From the NCBI GenBank assembly GCA_964623485.1, contig CAZUTC010000002.1, positions 1-34,073 of the forward strand: a stretch of 34,073 bases of DNA, written 5' to 3'. The notes under the pieces are model-generated. The model saw nothing but the letters and a program-made list of their open reading frames with translations. It was not told where the DNA came from and did no database searches. Origin of the DNA: an uncultured bacterium (lineage in GTDB: Bacteria > Hydrothermota > Tepidihabitantia > B3-TA06 > CAYQJV01). This document shows positions 24,380 to 33,187 of this stretch, one piece after another; position 1 is the first letter of the stretch, and each line of letters starts with the position of its first letter. Made by a program: the position numbers and the translations under genes.

Positions 24380-25125
24380 ACATAGGAATAATAATAGGAA
24401 ACAGTTCTGTAAAGATAGCAGGGTTTGAAAATAATTCAATAAAGAAGAGATTTGCAATATCTGCTCAGAAGGAACATACCCCCGATGAGATATATTTAAT
24501 CTTCGAACTCTTTGGACTCACCCATGCAGATGATGCAATAATGGCATCGGTGGTTCCCTCCCTTTCTCCTATCTATGAAAAGGTGCTTCGCACCAAGTTT
24601 GGGATTGATAATCCATTAAGAGTATCATGGAGTCTAAACACCGGAGTATCCACAGAATACAAAGCCCCGGAAACAATGGGAGAGGACAGAATTGCAAACA
24701 TTGTGGGAGCATTCCATGAGTTCAAAAAAAATATTGTGGTTATTGATTTTGGAACCGCAACAACTGTGGATATTATCACCGAGGATGGGAAACATCTCGG
24801 AGGGATAATCGCCCCTGGAATAAAAGAAAGCCTTGAAAATCTCATTCAAAAGACATCTAAGCTTTTCCATGTGGAGATAGAAAGACCGAAAAGCTTTCTG
24901 GGAAGAAACACCCAGGAATGCATGGTCTCAGGCATCTACCTTTTAACTGTAGGGTTTATAGAATCAGTAAAGGCTGCAATAAAAAGGGAAACAAGAAAGG
25001 ATTTTGTGTTTATAGCCACTGGAGGACTTGCTGAAAAAATCTCCTCAGTAGCCCCTGCAGTGGATGCCCTTGACCCTGACCTGGGAATAAAGGGACTGAT
25101 ACATATCTATCGGTTGAACCGGTGA
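24376..25125 (+). CDS. coaX: Type III pantothenate kinase
   Basis: IIIGNSSVKIA, MGEDRIANIVGA, VIDFGTATTVDII, GGIIAPG and IATGGLA. It also shows the common birA-coaX adjacency. Confidence 0.85.
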   Translation: MNIGIIIGNSSVKIAGFENNSIKKRFAISAQKEHTPDEIYLIFELFGLTHADDAIMASVVPSLSPIYEKVLRTKFGIDNPLRVSWSLNTGVSTEYKAPETMGEDRIANIVGAFHEFKKNIVVIDFGTATTVDIITEDGKHLGGIIAPGIKESLENLIQKTSKLFHVEIERPKSFLGRNTQECMVSGIYLLTVGFIESVKAAIKRETRKDFVFIATGGLAEKISSVAPAVDALDPDLGIKGLIHIYRLNR

Positions 25126-25550
25126 AGGAGATAGTAACAGAAGCACCAGAAGAGACAGTTAAATTAGGAATAAAAATAGGCAAACTCTTAAAAGAGAATG
25201 ATATTGTGGGATTGTATGGAGAACTTGGAGCAGGTAAAACTCTCCTTATAAAAGGAATTGTAAAAGGAGCAGGAATTTCAGAAGAGGCAAAGAGCCCAAG
25301 TTTTACCATAATAACAACATACCGAAATAAAAAGACAGTTTATCATATAGACCTTTACCGAATAGAAGAAAAAGACCTGAAAAGCATAGATTTCTATGAT
25401 TTTTTGCAATCCCCGGCAATAGTGGTAATAGAATGGGCTGAAAAGGCTGAGAATTTACTCCCACCAGATACAATAAAAATAAGGATAAATATACTCTCAG
25501 AAAATAAAAGAAGGTTTCAAATAGAAGGATGGATAGAGAAGTTTATTTAG
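25122..25550 (+). CDS. tsaE: tRNA t6A37 biosynthesis ATPase TsaE
   Basis: LYGELGAGKTLLIKGI (P-loop), SPSFTII, HIDLYR and VIEW. The GTG start overlaps the coaX stop. Confidence 0.85.
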   Translation: MKEIVTEAPEETVKLGIKIGKLLKENDIVGLYGELGAGKTLLIKGIVKGAGISEEAKSPSFTIITTYRNKKTVYHIDLYRIEEKDLKSIDFYDFLQSPAIVVIEWAEKAENLLPPDTIKIRINILSENKRRFQIEGWIEKFI

Positions 25551-26209
25551 GGATAGAAACAAGCACAAAATTCTCATCTGTTGCAATTATAGAGGAGGAA
25601 AAAACTCTCTCAGAGTATAGCATGTATACCCCCTCAAACCATAATGAAAAGATATTTTTAATGCTTGAGGCAGTGATGGAACATACCGAGTTAAAGTATG
25701 ATGAAATAAAGGGGATAGGGGTTTCTGCGGGTCCCGGGATGTTCACCTCCCTTAGAACCGGCATATCCATTGCAAAAACTCTTGCCTTTATTAAAGAAAT
25801 ACCCATTAAAGCGATAAACACTTTGGATGCAATTCAGGCGGTTTTAAAAATACAGGCTCCGGTTATAGTAATAATTCCTGCTGGAAAAGGGGAGGTTTAT
25901 GCAGGGTTTTATCAGAATGAAGAAAAAAAGTATCTCATACTTAAGCCAGAAAAAATAAAGGACCATGTAAAGAAAAAAACCTATATAACAGGTCCAGCAG
26001 TTATTCAGTGTCTTCCTTTTTTTGAAAAAGAGAAAAACATTAGTATAATAACTCCCCCGATACTCTTTCCCCCTGCATCGGTTGTTGCATTTCTTGCAAA
26101 AGAAAGGATAAAAAAAGAGGGTTCAGACGATGTTTTTGAACTGGAACCTTTCTATCTCAGGCCAACCGATGCTGAAATACATAGAGATAAAAAGAGCAAC
26201 CGAAGATAA
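25529..26209 (+). CDS. tsaB: tRNA t6A37 biosynthesis protein TsaB
   Basis: LGIETSTKFSSVAI and GVSAGPGMFTSLRTGISIAKTLA. It lies between tsaE and rimI, as in many bacteria. Confidence 0.85.
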   Translation: MDREVYLGIETSTKFSSVAIIEEEKTLSEYSMYTPSNHNEKIFLMLEAVMEHTELKYDEIKGIGVSAGPGMFTSLRTGISIAKTLAFIKEIPIKAINTLDAIQAVLKIQAPVIVIIPAGKGEVYAGFYQNEEKKYLILKPEKIKDHVKKKTYITGPAVIQCLPFFEKEKNISIITPPILFPPASVVAFLAKERIKKEGSDDVFELEPFYLRPTDAEIHRDKKSNRR

Positions 26210-26612
26210 AATAAACGAGATTTATGAAATAGAAAAAGAATCCTTTAAATTCCCCTGGTCAAAAGATATATTCTTTTACGAAATGAAAAACAGTAAAGTT
26301 TTATTCTACATTGCAGAAATTAAAAAAAGGATTGCAGGCTACATCATTGCCCAGGAAATGGGAGACGAACTGCATATTTTAAATCTTGCAGTAAAAAAAG
26401 AAGAAAGAAAAAAAGGAGTTGCCACATCCTTAATAAAGAAGTTAGAAGAGGAGGCGATAAATAAAAACTTCCGGGTATTTTATCTGGAGGTAAGAGTCTC
26501 AAATATCCCTGCGATAAAATTTTATAAAAAAATGGGATTTAAGATTGCCTATACAAGAAAAGGATACTATCAGGATGGAGAGGATGCATATGTGATGGTA
26601 AAATTTATTTAG
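26169..26612 (+). CDS. rimI: Ribosomal-protein-alanine N-acetyltransferase (GNAT)
   Basis: LHILNLAVKKEERKKGVATSLI (the acetyl-CoA motif), YLEVRVSNIPAIKFYKKMGF and YYQDGEDAYVM. I prefer ATG 26169 (MLKYIEIKRA); the ORF-track start 26130 is also possible. Confidence 0.8.
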   Translation: MLKYIEIKRATEDKINEIYEIEKESFKFPWSKDIFFYEMKNSKVLFYIAEIKKRIAGYIIAQEMGDELHILNLAVKKEERKKGVATSLIKKLEEEAINKNFRVFYLEVRVSNIPAIKFYKKMGFKIAYTRKGYYQDGEDAYVMVKFI

Positions 26613-26619
26613 GTATAAC

Positions 26620-27219
26620 TTATACAAACTCTATATCCTCCCCTTTTTCAACTATTATTCCATTATAAAGAAAATCAACCTGCCGGAATAAAACATGCAT
26701 ATCGAACTCTGTTATTGCTGATACCCCATCTTTGGGTATGATTATCTTGTACCCTAAAAGACTTGCCGTTCCCACGGTATGCAGGACGCATATGTTTGCC
26801 ACGGTTCCGGTCACCACAAGATTCTTTATTTTAAAAAGCCTTAAAAGATGGTCGAGGGGAGTTCCAAAAAATGCATCATAGCGGAGCTTCTTTATTCTAT
26901 GTTCGTTCTCAAGAGGCTTAAGTTCCTCTATTATTTCTGCTCCCCATGTATCCTTCTCTGCATGTTTTCCCCATATTTCAAACTCATAATCTTCTGGGTC
27001 ATGCCAGTCCTGGGTAAAAAATACCTTCACCTTGTTTTCTCTTGCTCTATCAAGCAACCTCTTAATAGGGGATACTGTACCCTCTGCGTTAGAAACCACA
27101 AGTCTTCCTCCCTTCTTTACAAAATCATTCTGCATATCCACTATCAAAAGAGCAGTTTTATCCTTTTTTAATTTTATACCTTCTCTTATTTTATATTCTG
27201 GAATTTCTACTTGCATCAT
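26620..27219 (-). CDS. Isochorismatase-family cysteine hydrolase (nicotinamidase-like)
   Basis: TALLIVDMQNDF (Asp), KKLRYDAF (Lys) and VTGTVANICVLHT (Cys) form the catalytic triad pattern. An ATGATG tandem start follows AAGGAGGAG, and the second ATG (27216) has better SD spacing. Confidence 0.75.
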   Translation of the reverse strand: MMQVEIPEYKIREGIKLKKDKTALLIVDMQNDFVKKGGRLVVSNAEGTVSPIKRLLDRARENKVKVFFTQDWHDPEDYEFEIWGKHAEKDTWGAEIIEELKPLENEHRIKKLRYDAFFGTPLDHLLRLFKIKNLVVTGTVANICVLHTVGTASLLGYKIIIPKDGVSAITEFDMHVLFRQVDFLYNGIIVEKGEDIEFV

Positions 27220-27234
27220 CTCCTCCTTTTTAAA

Positions 27235-27263
27235 ATTATAATCCGCAATCCTTAAAAAATCAA
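27235..27263 (-). promoter_or_regulatory. Putative promoter of the isochorismatase-family gene
   Basis: On the minus strand: TTGATT (27263-27258), N17, TATAAT (27240-27235). A short leader carrying AAGGAGGAG follows, then ATGATG. Confidence 0.5.
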
Positions 27264-27264
27264 T

Positions 27265-27292
27265 TTGACATTTTTATTTTGGTATGTATATT
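27265..27292 (+). promoter_or_regulatory. Putative purD promoter (leaderless-type spacing)
   Basis: TTGACA (27265-27270), N16, TATATT (27287-27292). Five nt follow, then ATG 27298. There is no SD. Confidence 0.5.
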
Positions 27293-27297
27293 GATTT

Positions 27298-28572
27298 ATG
27301 CGTGTAATGGTTATTGGAAAAGGTGGAAGAGAACATGCAATTGTCTGGAAACTTGCTCAATCCTCTTCAGTAAAAAAAATATATGCATTGCCTGGCAATG
27401 CAGGAATAAATGAGATAGCAGAACCGGTGAATATTTCTCCCTCAGACATTCCCGGGATAATAGAGGCAGCAGACTCATTATCTCCTTCCCTTGTGGTTGT
27501 GGGTCCTGAAGAGCCCCTATTTCTTGGAGTAACAGATGCTCTCTCGGAAAAACATTTTCTGGTTTTCGGTCCCACCAAAAAGGCATCCCTTTTGGAGAGG
27601 GAAAAGGCATTTGCAAAGAGGTTTATGGCAAAGTATAAAATACCCACAGCTCCCTTCGAGATATTCAATAACCCCAACAAAGCAAAGGATTATATAAAAA
27701 CTAAAAAAACTCCTCTGGTAGTTAAGGCCTCAGGACCTGCTTTTGGAAAGGGCTCAAAGGTATGCTTCAGCCAAACAGAGGCTCGGAATGCAGTCGAAGA
27801 CATAATGATAAGGAAAATCTTTGGAGCCTCCGGGAGTACCGTGGTGATAGAGGATTACTTGGAAGGAGAAGAGGCTTCGGTTATGATACTCACCGACGGG
27901 AAAAACTATACCCCTTTACTCTGCTCTCAGGACCACAAAAGAGCATATGACCGGGACAGGGGACCCAATACTGGAGGAATGGGTGCCTATGCTCCTATCC
28001 CTCTTGTGGATGAAGACACCTGGAGAAACATCCAAAAAAGGATAATAGAGCCTTTGTTTGAAGGACTTGAAAAAGAAGGTATTCTCTTTAAAGGAATCCT
28101 GTATTTAGGTTTGATGATAAATGAAAAAAACCCATTTGTCCTTGAGTTCAATGTAAGGTTTGGAGACCCAGAGACCCAGCCCGTGCTTTTTCTTTTAAAA
28201 TCCGACCTTTTCTCGCTTTTGTATGAAGCATCCTCTGGTAATCTATCAACCAAAAAAATCGAATGGGAGAAGGGATATGCAGTATGCACGGTTCTTGCGT
28301 CAGGGGGTTATCCTGGAAGATATGAGAAGGGTAAAAAAATAACTATAGGAGAGATAGAGGATGATGTATATATATTCCATGCAGGCACAAAGAAAATAGA
28401 TGAGGAATTATTTACCGATGGTGGAAGGGTAATGGGGGTGACTGCAAAGGCTTCTACCCTTGAAGAGGCAAAAAATAAAGTATACCGAAACATTCAAAAA
28501 ATTTATTTTGAAAACATGCATTATAGAAGAGATATAGCTGATAAAGGAATAAGGAGGTTACATGGAGTTTAA
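27298..28572 (+). CDS. purD: Phosphoribosylamine--glycine ligase
   Basis: [24 protein letters not shown], the ATP-grasp segment [41 protein letters not shown] and FHAGT. Confidence 0.95.
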   Translation: MRVMVIGKGGREHAIVWKLAQSSSVKKIYALPGNAGINEIAEPVNISPSDIPGIIEAADSLSPSLVVVGPEEPLFLGVTDALSEKHFLVFGPTKKASLLEREKAFAKRFMAKYKIPTAPFEIFNNPNKAKDYIKTKKTPLVVKASGPAFGKGSKVCFSQTEARNAVEDIMIRKIFGASGSTVVIEDYLEGEEASVMILTDGKNYTPLLCSQDHKRAYDRDRGPNTGGMGAYAPIPLVDEDTWRNIQKRIIEPLFEGLEKEGILFKGILYLGLMINEKNPFVLEFNVRFGDPETQPVLFLLKSDLFSLLYEASSGNLSTKKIEWEKGYAVCTVLASGGYPGRYEKGKKITIGEIEDDVYIFHAGTKKIDEELFTDGGRVMGVTAKASTLEEAKNKVYRNIQKIYFENMHYRRDIADKGIRRLHGV

Positions 28573-28978
28573 GGTTGCAGTTGTTGCAGGTTCAAAAAGT
28601 GATGAGAAGTATGTAAAAATAGCAGAGGAGGTATTGAAGGAGAAAAATATAAGTTATGAAACGGTTTTCCTTTCAGCCCATAGAGAACCGGAAAAGACAA
28701 GAAAGTTCGCATTAGAGGCAGAAAAAAAGGGCTTTAATCTCATAATAGCAATTGCTGGATATTCTGCCCATCTCCCTGGGTTTCTTGCCTCCTTCTCCTC
28801 CCTTCCAGTGATAGGGGTTCCTATCCCATCCTCTCCTCTTTTTGGACTTGACTCTCTTTTATCAATGGTCCAGATGCCTAAGGGAGTTCCAGTCGCAGTG
28901 ATGTCTGTGGGAGAAGCGGGAGCAAAGAATGCAGCACTGTTTGCAGAAAGAGTTAAAGCTCTCTTTGACTCAGGATAG
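28562..28978 (+). CDS. purE: N5-carboxyaminoimidazole ribonucleotide mutase (PurE)
   Basis: [35 protein letters not shown] and MPKGVPVA. It overlaps the purD stop. Confidence 0.9.
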   Translation: MEFKVAVVAGSKSDEKYVKIAEEVLKEKNISYETVFLSAHREPEKTRKFALEAEKKGFNLIIAIAGYSAHLPGFLASFSSLPVIGVPIPSSPLFGLDSLLSMVQMPKGVPVAVMSVGEAGAKNAALFAERVKALFDSG

Positions 28979-30023
28979 TAAAACCATAAAAAAAATCTCT
29001 GCCATTCTAAAAAAAGGAGACTGTATAATCGTCCCAACCGATACAGTATACGGTCTGTTATGCCTTGCTACAAAGGAATCCTTAAGAAAAATTCAAGAGA
29101 TTAAAAAAAGACCCCTTAATAAACCTGTGGCAATATATCTCTCCTCTAAGAAAAAAATCAAAGAGGTTGCATATATCAAAAACTGTGCAGAAGAAAAGAT
29201 AATAGAAAAACTCATGCCAGGAAGGATAACTCTTGTTCTTCAAAAGAGGAAGGATTTTGACTATCCATGGGAAAAGGTAGGAATAAGGGTTCCCTTAAGC
29301 AGTTGGTTAAGAAAACTAACCCAAGAAGTAAGAATGCCTCTTTATGCAACCTCTGCGAATATCTCAGGAAAGGAGATGGAGGAGGAAGAAATGGTAAGTT
29401 TTTTTAAGGATAAAGTCTCCTTTATTAAAAAGGGAAAGGTTTACCCGGTTCCCTCAACAGTTCTTGAGGTAGCAGATGATAAAATTGTTGTAAAGAGAGA
29501 GGGGGTGGTATCCATATGGGAGATAAAGAGAAAGACAGGGGAAAAGGTTGTATATCCTGAAAACTATTTCCCCTCTCTGCTCGTGGTGTGCACTGGAAAC
29601 ACATGCAGAAGCCCCATGGCATACGGGTTCTTTAAAAAACTACTCCCTAAAATAAAAGTAGAAACCGCAGGTATTAGGGCATTCCCCGGGGACTCTCCCT
29701 CCCCCAATGCAGTAAAGGTGATGGAGGAAAAGGGAATAGACATCAGAAGGCATCTGTCCAAAAGAATTACAGAAGATAAGGTTAAAAAAAGCTCTCTTAT
29801 TCTTGTGATGGAGAGAATGCATTACTCTTATATTATAAAAAAATGGGAATGGGCAAAAAGTAAGACATTCATGCTTTCCGGCTTTCCTTTTCCATATCCT
29901 AAGGGGAAAAACATACAAGACCCTATCGGTGGAAGCATCAACTTTTATCGGAGGATAAGAAATATAATAGAAAGATGCTGCATTCGGGTCTCAGAGGAGT
30001 TCAATAAAGTTATAAGTAGTTAA
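28929..30023 (+). CDS. tsaC: Fusion protein: L-threonylcarbamoyladenylate synthase (YrdC/TsaC domain) + low-molecular-weight phosphatase domain
   Basis: The N-terminal half carries [29 protein letters not shown] and ATSANISG. The C-terminal ~150 aa (from about 29574) carry [15 protein letters not shown] (P-loop) and QDPIGG (the general-acid Asp). It is one continuous ORF. The ATG at 28929 overlaps purE by 50 nt, so a later non-ATG start is possible. Confidence 0.85.
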   Translation: MQHCLQKELKLSLTQDSKTIKKISAILKKGDCIIVPTDTVYGLLCLATKESLRKIQEIKKRPLNKPVAIYLSSKKKIKEVAYIKNCAEEKIIEKLMPGRITLVLQKRKDFDYPWEKVGIRVPLSSWLRKLTQEVRMPLYATSANISGKEMEEEEMVSFFKDKVSFIKKGKVYPVPSTVLEVADDKIVVKREGVVSIWEIKRKTGEKVVYPENYFPSLLVVCTGNTCRSPMAYGFFKKLLPKIKVETAGIRAFPGDSPSPNAVKVMEEKGIDIRRHLSKRITEDKVKKSSLILVMERMHYSYIIKKWEWAKSKTFMLSGFPFPYPKGKNIQDPIGGSINFYRRIRNIIERCCIRVSEEFNKVISS

Positions 30024-30041
30024 GTAATTATTTAATAAACC

Positions 30042-30716
30042 TTAGTAAAGACAACCTGCTGCTCCCGCTCCAAAAGCTCCTAAGGTTCCAACTCCCAAGA
30101 AAAACAGACCTTCAAGGGAAAAACCAAATATAACCTTTTTTGTTTCATGGTTTAAGGGGATTCCCACTTCTATCAATAGCCCGGTTGGTAAAAAAAGCTG
30201 ACTCTCTATACTTCCCTTCTCCTCTTTGTAAACATGAAACCCAGCGTAAAGGGTTATATCTGTAAATGGTTTACTCTCGTTTCGGTAGTATGAGTCAAAA
30301 ATCATTCGTGGATGATAAAAAATTTTTAATCCAGAATAAAAGGCAGATGTTTCCGTAACATCTTTTATAAAAGAAAGGGAGATTTCAGGAGATACAAGAA
30401 TATCGGGGAATGTAAGATGTATCTCTGTCTCAGCATAAAGCATGGGAATAAATCTCGTACCCACATAAAAACCTGCCGAAGAGTTTTGGGAGAGCTGACC
30501 CTTCAATCCAATTCTAAACCTATTATTCACCCCTATATCCAGCTTTGCTCCTCCGGAGAAGGAAATTCTGCTTTCCCCAATACTATCTCCTTTTATTTTC
30601 TCTGCGTAAGAGAAGTATGCAGGAACAGTAACATAGTTTATGAGGTCTATATCTCCTGGGATTATACTTCTTGTATTACAGAAAAGCCCGTAAGTTGTGA
30701 ATAATAAATATATCAT
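30042..30716 (-). CDS. Hypothetical 224-aa membrane / beta-barrel-like protein (paralogue A2 of 31745-32419)
   Basis: It is collinear with A1: MIY..F..YG.F.N...GDI...Y.T.PAY.SY.EKI, SFY.G...FY.PRM, L.AGF, and P.GL..E.G...K..IFG..LEG. Alternating hydrophobic strands are present, and the C-terminal tail is Gly/Ala-rich. The ATG overlaps the upstream stop by 4 nt. Confidence 0.75.
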   Translation of the reverse strand: MIYLLFTTYGLFCNTRSIIPGDIDLINYVTVPAYFSYAEKIKGDSIGESRISFSGGAKLDIGVNNRFRIGLKGQLSQNSSAGFYVGTRFIPMLYAETEIHLTFPDILVSPEISLSFIKDVTETSAFYSGLKIFYHPRMIFDSYYRNESKPFTDITLYAGFHVYKEEKGSIESQLFLPTGLLIEVGIPLNHETKKVIFGFSLEGLFFLGVGTLGAFGAGAAGCLY

Positions 30717-31246
30717 TTTCCCTCCTTTCTCTTAACTATTACATCTACATAACAAGGAAGTATATCCGGAATGGAATAACTCCTCCATTCCCATGGCCAG
30801 ATCACATCGTCTATTATCATTGATAAAAGCCGTATTTTAAATACTGCCTTTCCATAAAAATCTTGGGGAGCTGTATAATAACTGTCCATTTGAAGTACTA
30901 TTAAAGAATCAATAAAAATTTCAAGGGATGTCTCTGTTGTATCTTGGGGAGGAATTTCTACATACCATTCCTCCCACTCATACCATACACCATATATACT
31001 ATTTCCTGTAATTATTTCAATATCTGCCCCTTCTGTCTCCCATCCTTCATCTCCGGTATTTATAATTCTCAAAGGAATACTTAAAGAGTTTTCTACAAGA
31101 TATGAAAAATCCCATGCTGTATCACCTTTTGTTGGGATCTCAAAATATACTGGATTCTCAATGGGTTCAACAATTATAACCCACTTTTCGGAACTTCCAC
31201 ACCCTGAAAAAATGACCATTAAAATAACCCAAACTATCCTTTTCAT
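30713..31246 (-). CDS. Hypothetical lipoprotein
   Basis: I prefer ATG 31246 (MKRIVWVILMVIFSGCGSS, a lipobox-like FSGC), which overlaps the upstream stop as ATGA. The ORF-track start 31318 would lie inside the upstream gene. The mature part is Trp/Glu-rich and looks like a beta-sandwich. Confidence 0.7.
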   Translation of the reverse strand: MKRIVWVILMVIFSGCGSSEKWVIIVEPIENPVYFEIPTKGDTAWDFSYLVENSLSIPLRIINTGDEGWETEGADIEIITGNSIYGVWYEWEEWYVEIPPQDTTETSLEIFIDSLIVLQMDSYYTAPQDFYGKAVFKIRLLSMIIDDVIWPWEWRSYSIPDILPCYVDVIVKRKEGK

Positions 31247-31737
31247 TTCCTTATCCTCAATTTTAAAACATTTTGCTCTTCTAACTCCTCTTCTCCTTCC
31301 TTTTGATATACATAACAATTTATTTTAATCCCTCCGGATGTTTTTACTTCAAAGTTATTGTCATAATCCAGTTTTTTAGCATCGTGATTGGTAATAGAAA
31401 TCTGTATCCTTTGGCTTTCCTTCTCAAAAGGAGCCAAAGCAATGGGAGGATGAAAAGAGAAGTTTTTAACAACTTCATAAGCAGGGGTGAAAAACTCCCC
31501 ATAAAAAATGGAAACGTGGGTGTTACCTCTATTCTCAAATTTAAGGGTCACCGTTAAAGTATCCGCAGAGTAAATTGAATCGGGAGAATCCCATCCATTA
31601 GAGGAGTCACTATCCGGGTCGGGAATATGAAATTCAAGAACAGAGGGAGAGGAGGTAACCAATATCTCGGTTTTATATTCCACTTTGTATTCACAGGTAT
31701 TAAATAACAGGGGAATAATCAAAACCATTTTTTTCAT
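31243..31737 (-). CDS. Hypothetical secreted / lipoprotein-like protein
   Basis: ATG 31737 (MKKMVLIIPLLFNTCEYK) follows GAGGTG, and that SD overlaps the A1 stop. The Cys after the hydrophobic segment is a non-canonical lipobox. Confidence 0.7.
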   Translation of the reverse strand: MKKMVLIIPLLFNTCEYKVEYKTEILVTSSPSVLEFHIPDPDSDSSNGWDSPDSIYSADTLTVTLKFENRGNTHVSIFYGEFFTPAYEVVKNFSFHPPIALAPFEKESQRIQISITNHDAKKLDYDNNFEVKTSGGIKINCYVYQKEGEEELEEQNVLKLRIRK

Positions 31738-31744
31738 ACCCACC

Positions 31745-32419
31745 TCACATCAAAAAGAGAAAAACGGGATAAAGCACTCCCTCCAATGCAATGCCAAATA
31801 TTATATTTTTATGCTTCTGGGTGGCAGAGAAGCCTGTCTCCAGCATGAGTCCCCGGGGTATAAAGTAATCTAAAAATTTCTTTCTTTGTAGATTGAACCT
31901 CATATAAAATCCAGCACACAAAAGAATCTCTAATTTTGAACTTATAATTTTTTCTGAAAGAAAGTATCCGTTGTATTCTTTATACCCTATTCCAAGGTAC
32001 ATTCTTGGATAGTAAAATCCTCTAATTCCTCCATAGAAGGAGGTATTTTTTGAGATATCAATCCCTGTTCCTAAGAAAGCCTGGGCTGTGAACAACAGAT
32101 TCTCAAAGGTAAATCCTGAGGATAGATTTAATAACCCTTTTAATTTTTCTCCTTTAACAACCCAAATCCCTGCTCCTCCCCAGGGATTCATTGAGAACAC
32201 AGTCTCAATTCCCATCCCCAGATAATCTGAAAGAGAAACAGTAACCTTTACTCCTGCTTCTCTGTTCAACATGGTTATCCCCTCTGCATCTGCCATTATC
32301 TTCTCCTCATAGGATAGATAGGCAGGGTAGGTTCCATACACAATAATACCTATATCTCCTTTCTGAGGAAGTTTTGGATTAATAAATACTCCATAATAGA
32401 GAAAAATAATATAAATCAT
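31745..32419 (-). CDS. Hypothetical 224-aa membrane / beta-barrel-like protein (paralogue A1 of 30042-30716)
   Basis: AAGGAGG (32424-32430) precedes ATG 32419. It has the same length and conserved blocks as A2, and is the first gene of a tightly overlapped four-gene set. Confidence 0.75.
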   Translation of the reverse strand: MIYIIFLYYGVFINPKLPQKGDIGIIVYGTYPAYLSYEEKIMADAEGITMLNREAGVKVTVSLSDYLGMGIETVFSMNPWGGAGIWVVKGEKLKGLLNLSSGFTFENLLFTAQAFLGTGIDISKNTSFYGGIRGFYYPRMYLGIGYKEYNGYFLSEKIISSKLEILLCAGFYMRFNLQRKKFLDYFIPRGLMLETGFSATQKHKNIIFGIALEGVLYPVFLFLM

Positions 32420-32440
32420 TTTTCCTCCTTTACATTTTAA

Positions 32441-32468
32441 ATTTTATTTTTATAGTTTTATTTGTCAA
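32441..32468 (-). promoter_or_regulatory. Putative promoter of the four-gene OM cassette
   Basis: On the minus strand: TTGACA (32468-32463), N16, TAAAAT (32446-32441). AAGGAGG (32430-32424) and ATG 32419 follow. It lies in the only sizeable intergenic gap on this side (32420-32557). Confidence 0.45.
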
Positions 32469-32557
32469 ATAAAGTTTTATCTAAGTTAAAAGAGTCTCTG
32501 CTATATTATATATCCTTTATCTCTTAGATTTACAATTCTTACCGGAAAAAGAAATCT

Positions 32558-33187
32558 TTAAAATAAATACCTTACCGCTATCCCTATCTGTTCCACTCCA
32601 ATAAAGGCTCTGGAAGAGTAAAGGAGTTCATCTCCATGGTATATATATCCTAAATCTTCATGATACCAGAGAAACTTTCCATTTGCTGAAAAGCCAGAAA
32701 TCTCACCTCCTCTTAAAAATACTTCTATGCCAATCTTTTTAAATCTCTTTAAGATTCCTATCCTGATAGAAATATCCTTTGAAACAAATCTCATTGTGGA
32801 GTCATTTATCTTTACTCTCAACCACGAGACCCATATATCAAACCCTGTTTTTAACGAAAATTCTTTAAGAGAGGAGTATATTCCAATATAAAATGGGAGC
32901 ATCAAAAATCTCCATTCTTCTTTTATTTTTTCTTCTTTTCTGGTAAAAATTCCTTGGGCTTCATTAAAATAAAACCCTGTGGAGACATAATAAAAGATAT
33001 CCTCCCTTGGATAGAGTTCTAATTCTGGGCATATCATAAACTCTTTAAAATTCTCAAACTTTCCATACCATCCATTTTCCTCTGCCCTTTTTTCAAGAAA
33101 TAGAAGATGCTTATTAAAACATGAAAAATCAAAAAATCCAAGAGAGCCTCCAAATGAGAGGGATATTGAAAATAGAAAAGAAATCAT
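32558..33187 (-). CDS. Hypothetical OMP-like protein
   Basis: The 209-aa protein has the N-terminus MISFLFSISLSFGGSLG, alternating strands, and a C-terminal GIAVRYLF with terminal Phe. Its ATG overlaps the upstream stop by 4 nt. Confidence 0.6.
   Translation of the reverse strand: MISFLFSISLSFGGSLGFFDFSCFNKHLLFLEKRAEENGWYGKFENFKEFMICPELELYPREDIFYYVSTGFYFNEAQGIFTRKEEKIKEEWRFLMLPFYIGIYSSLKEFSLKTGFDIWVSWLRVKINDSTMRFVSKDISIRIGILKRFKKIGIEVFLRGGEISGFSANGKFLWYHEDLGYIYHGDELLYSSRAFIGVEQIGIAVRYLF

Noticed and set aside
26613-26625. The palindrome GTATAA-C-TTATAC lies between rimI and the convergent hydrolase gene and could be a bidirectional terminator.
   Set aside because: It has only 6-bp AT-rich arms with a 1-nt loop, overlaps the stop codon, and has no U-tract. 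It is too weak to call.
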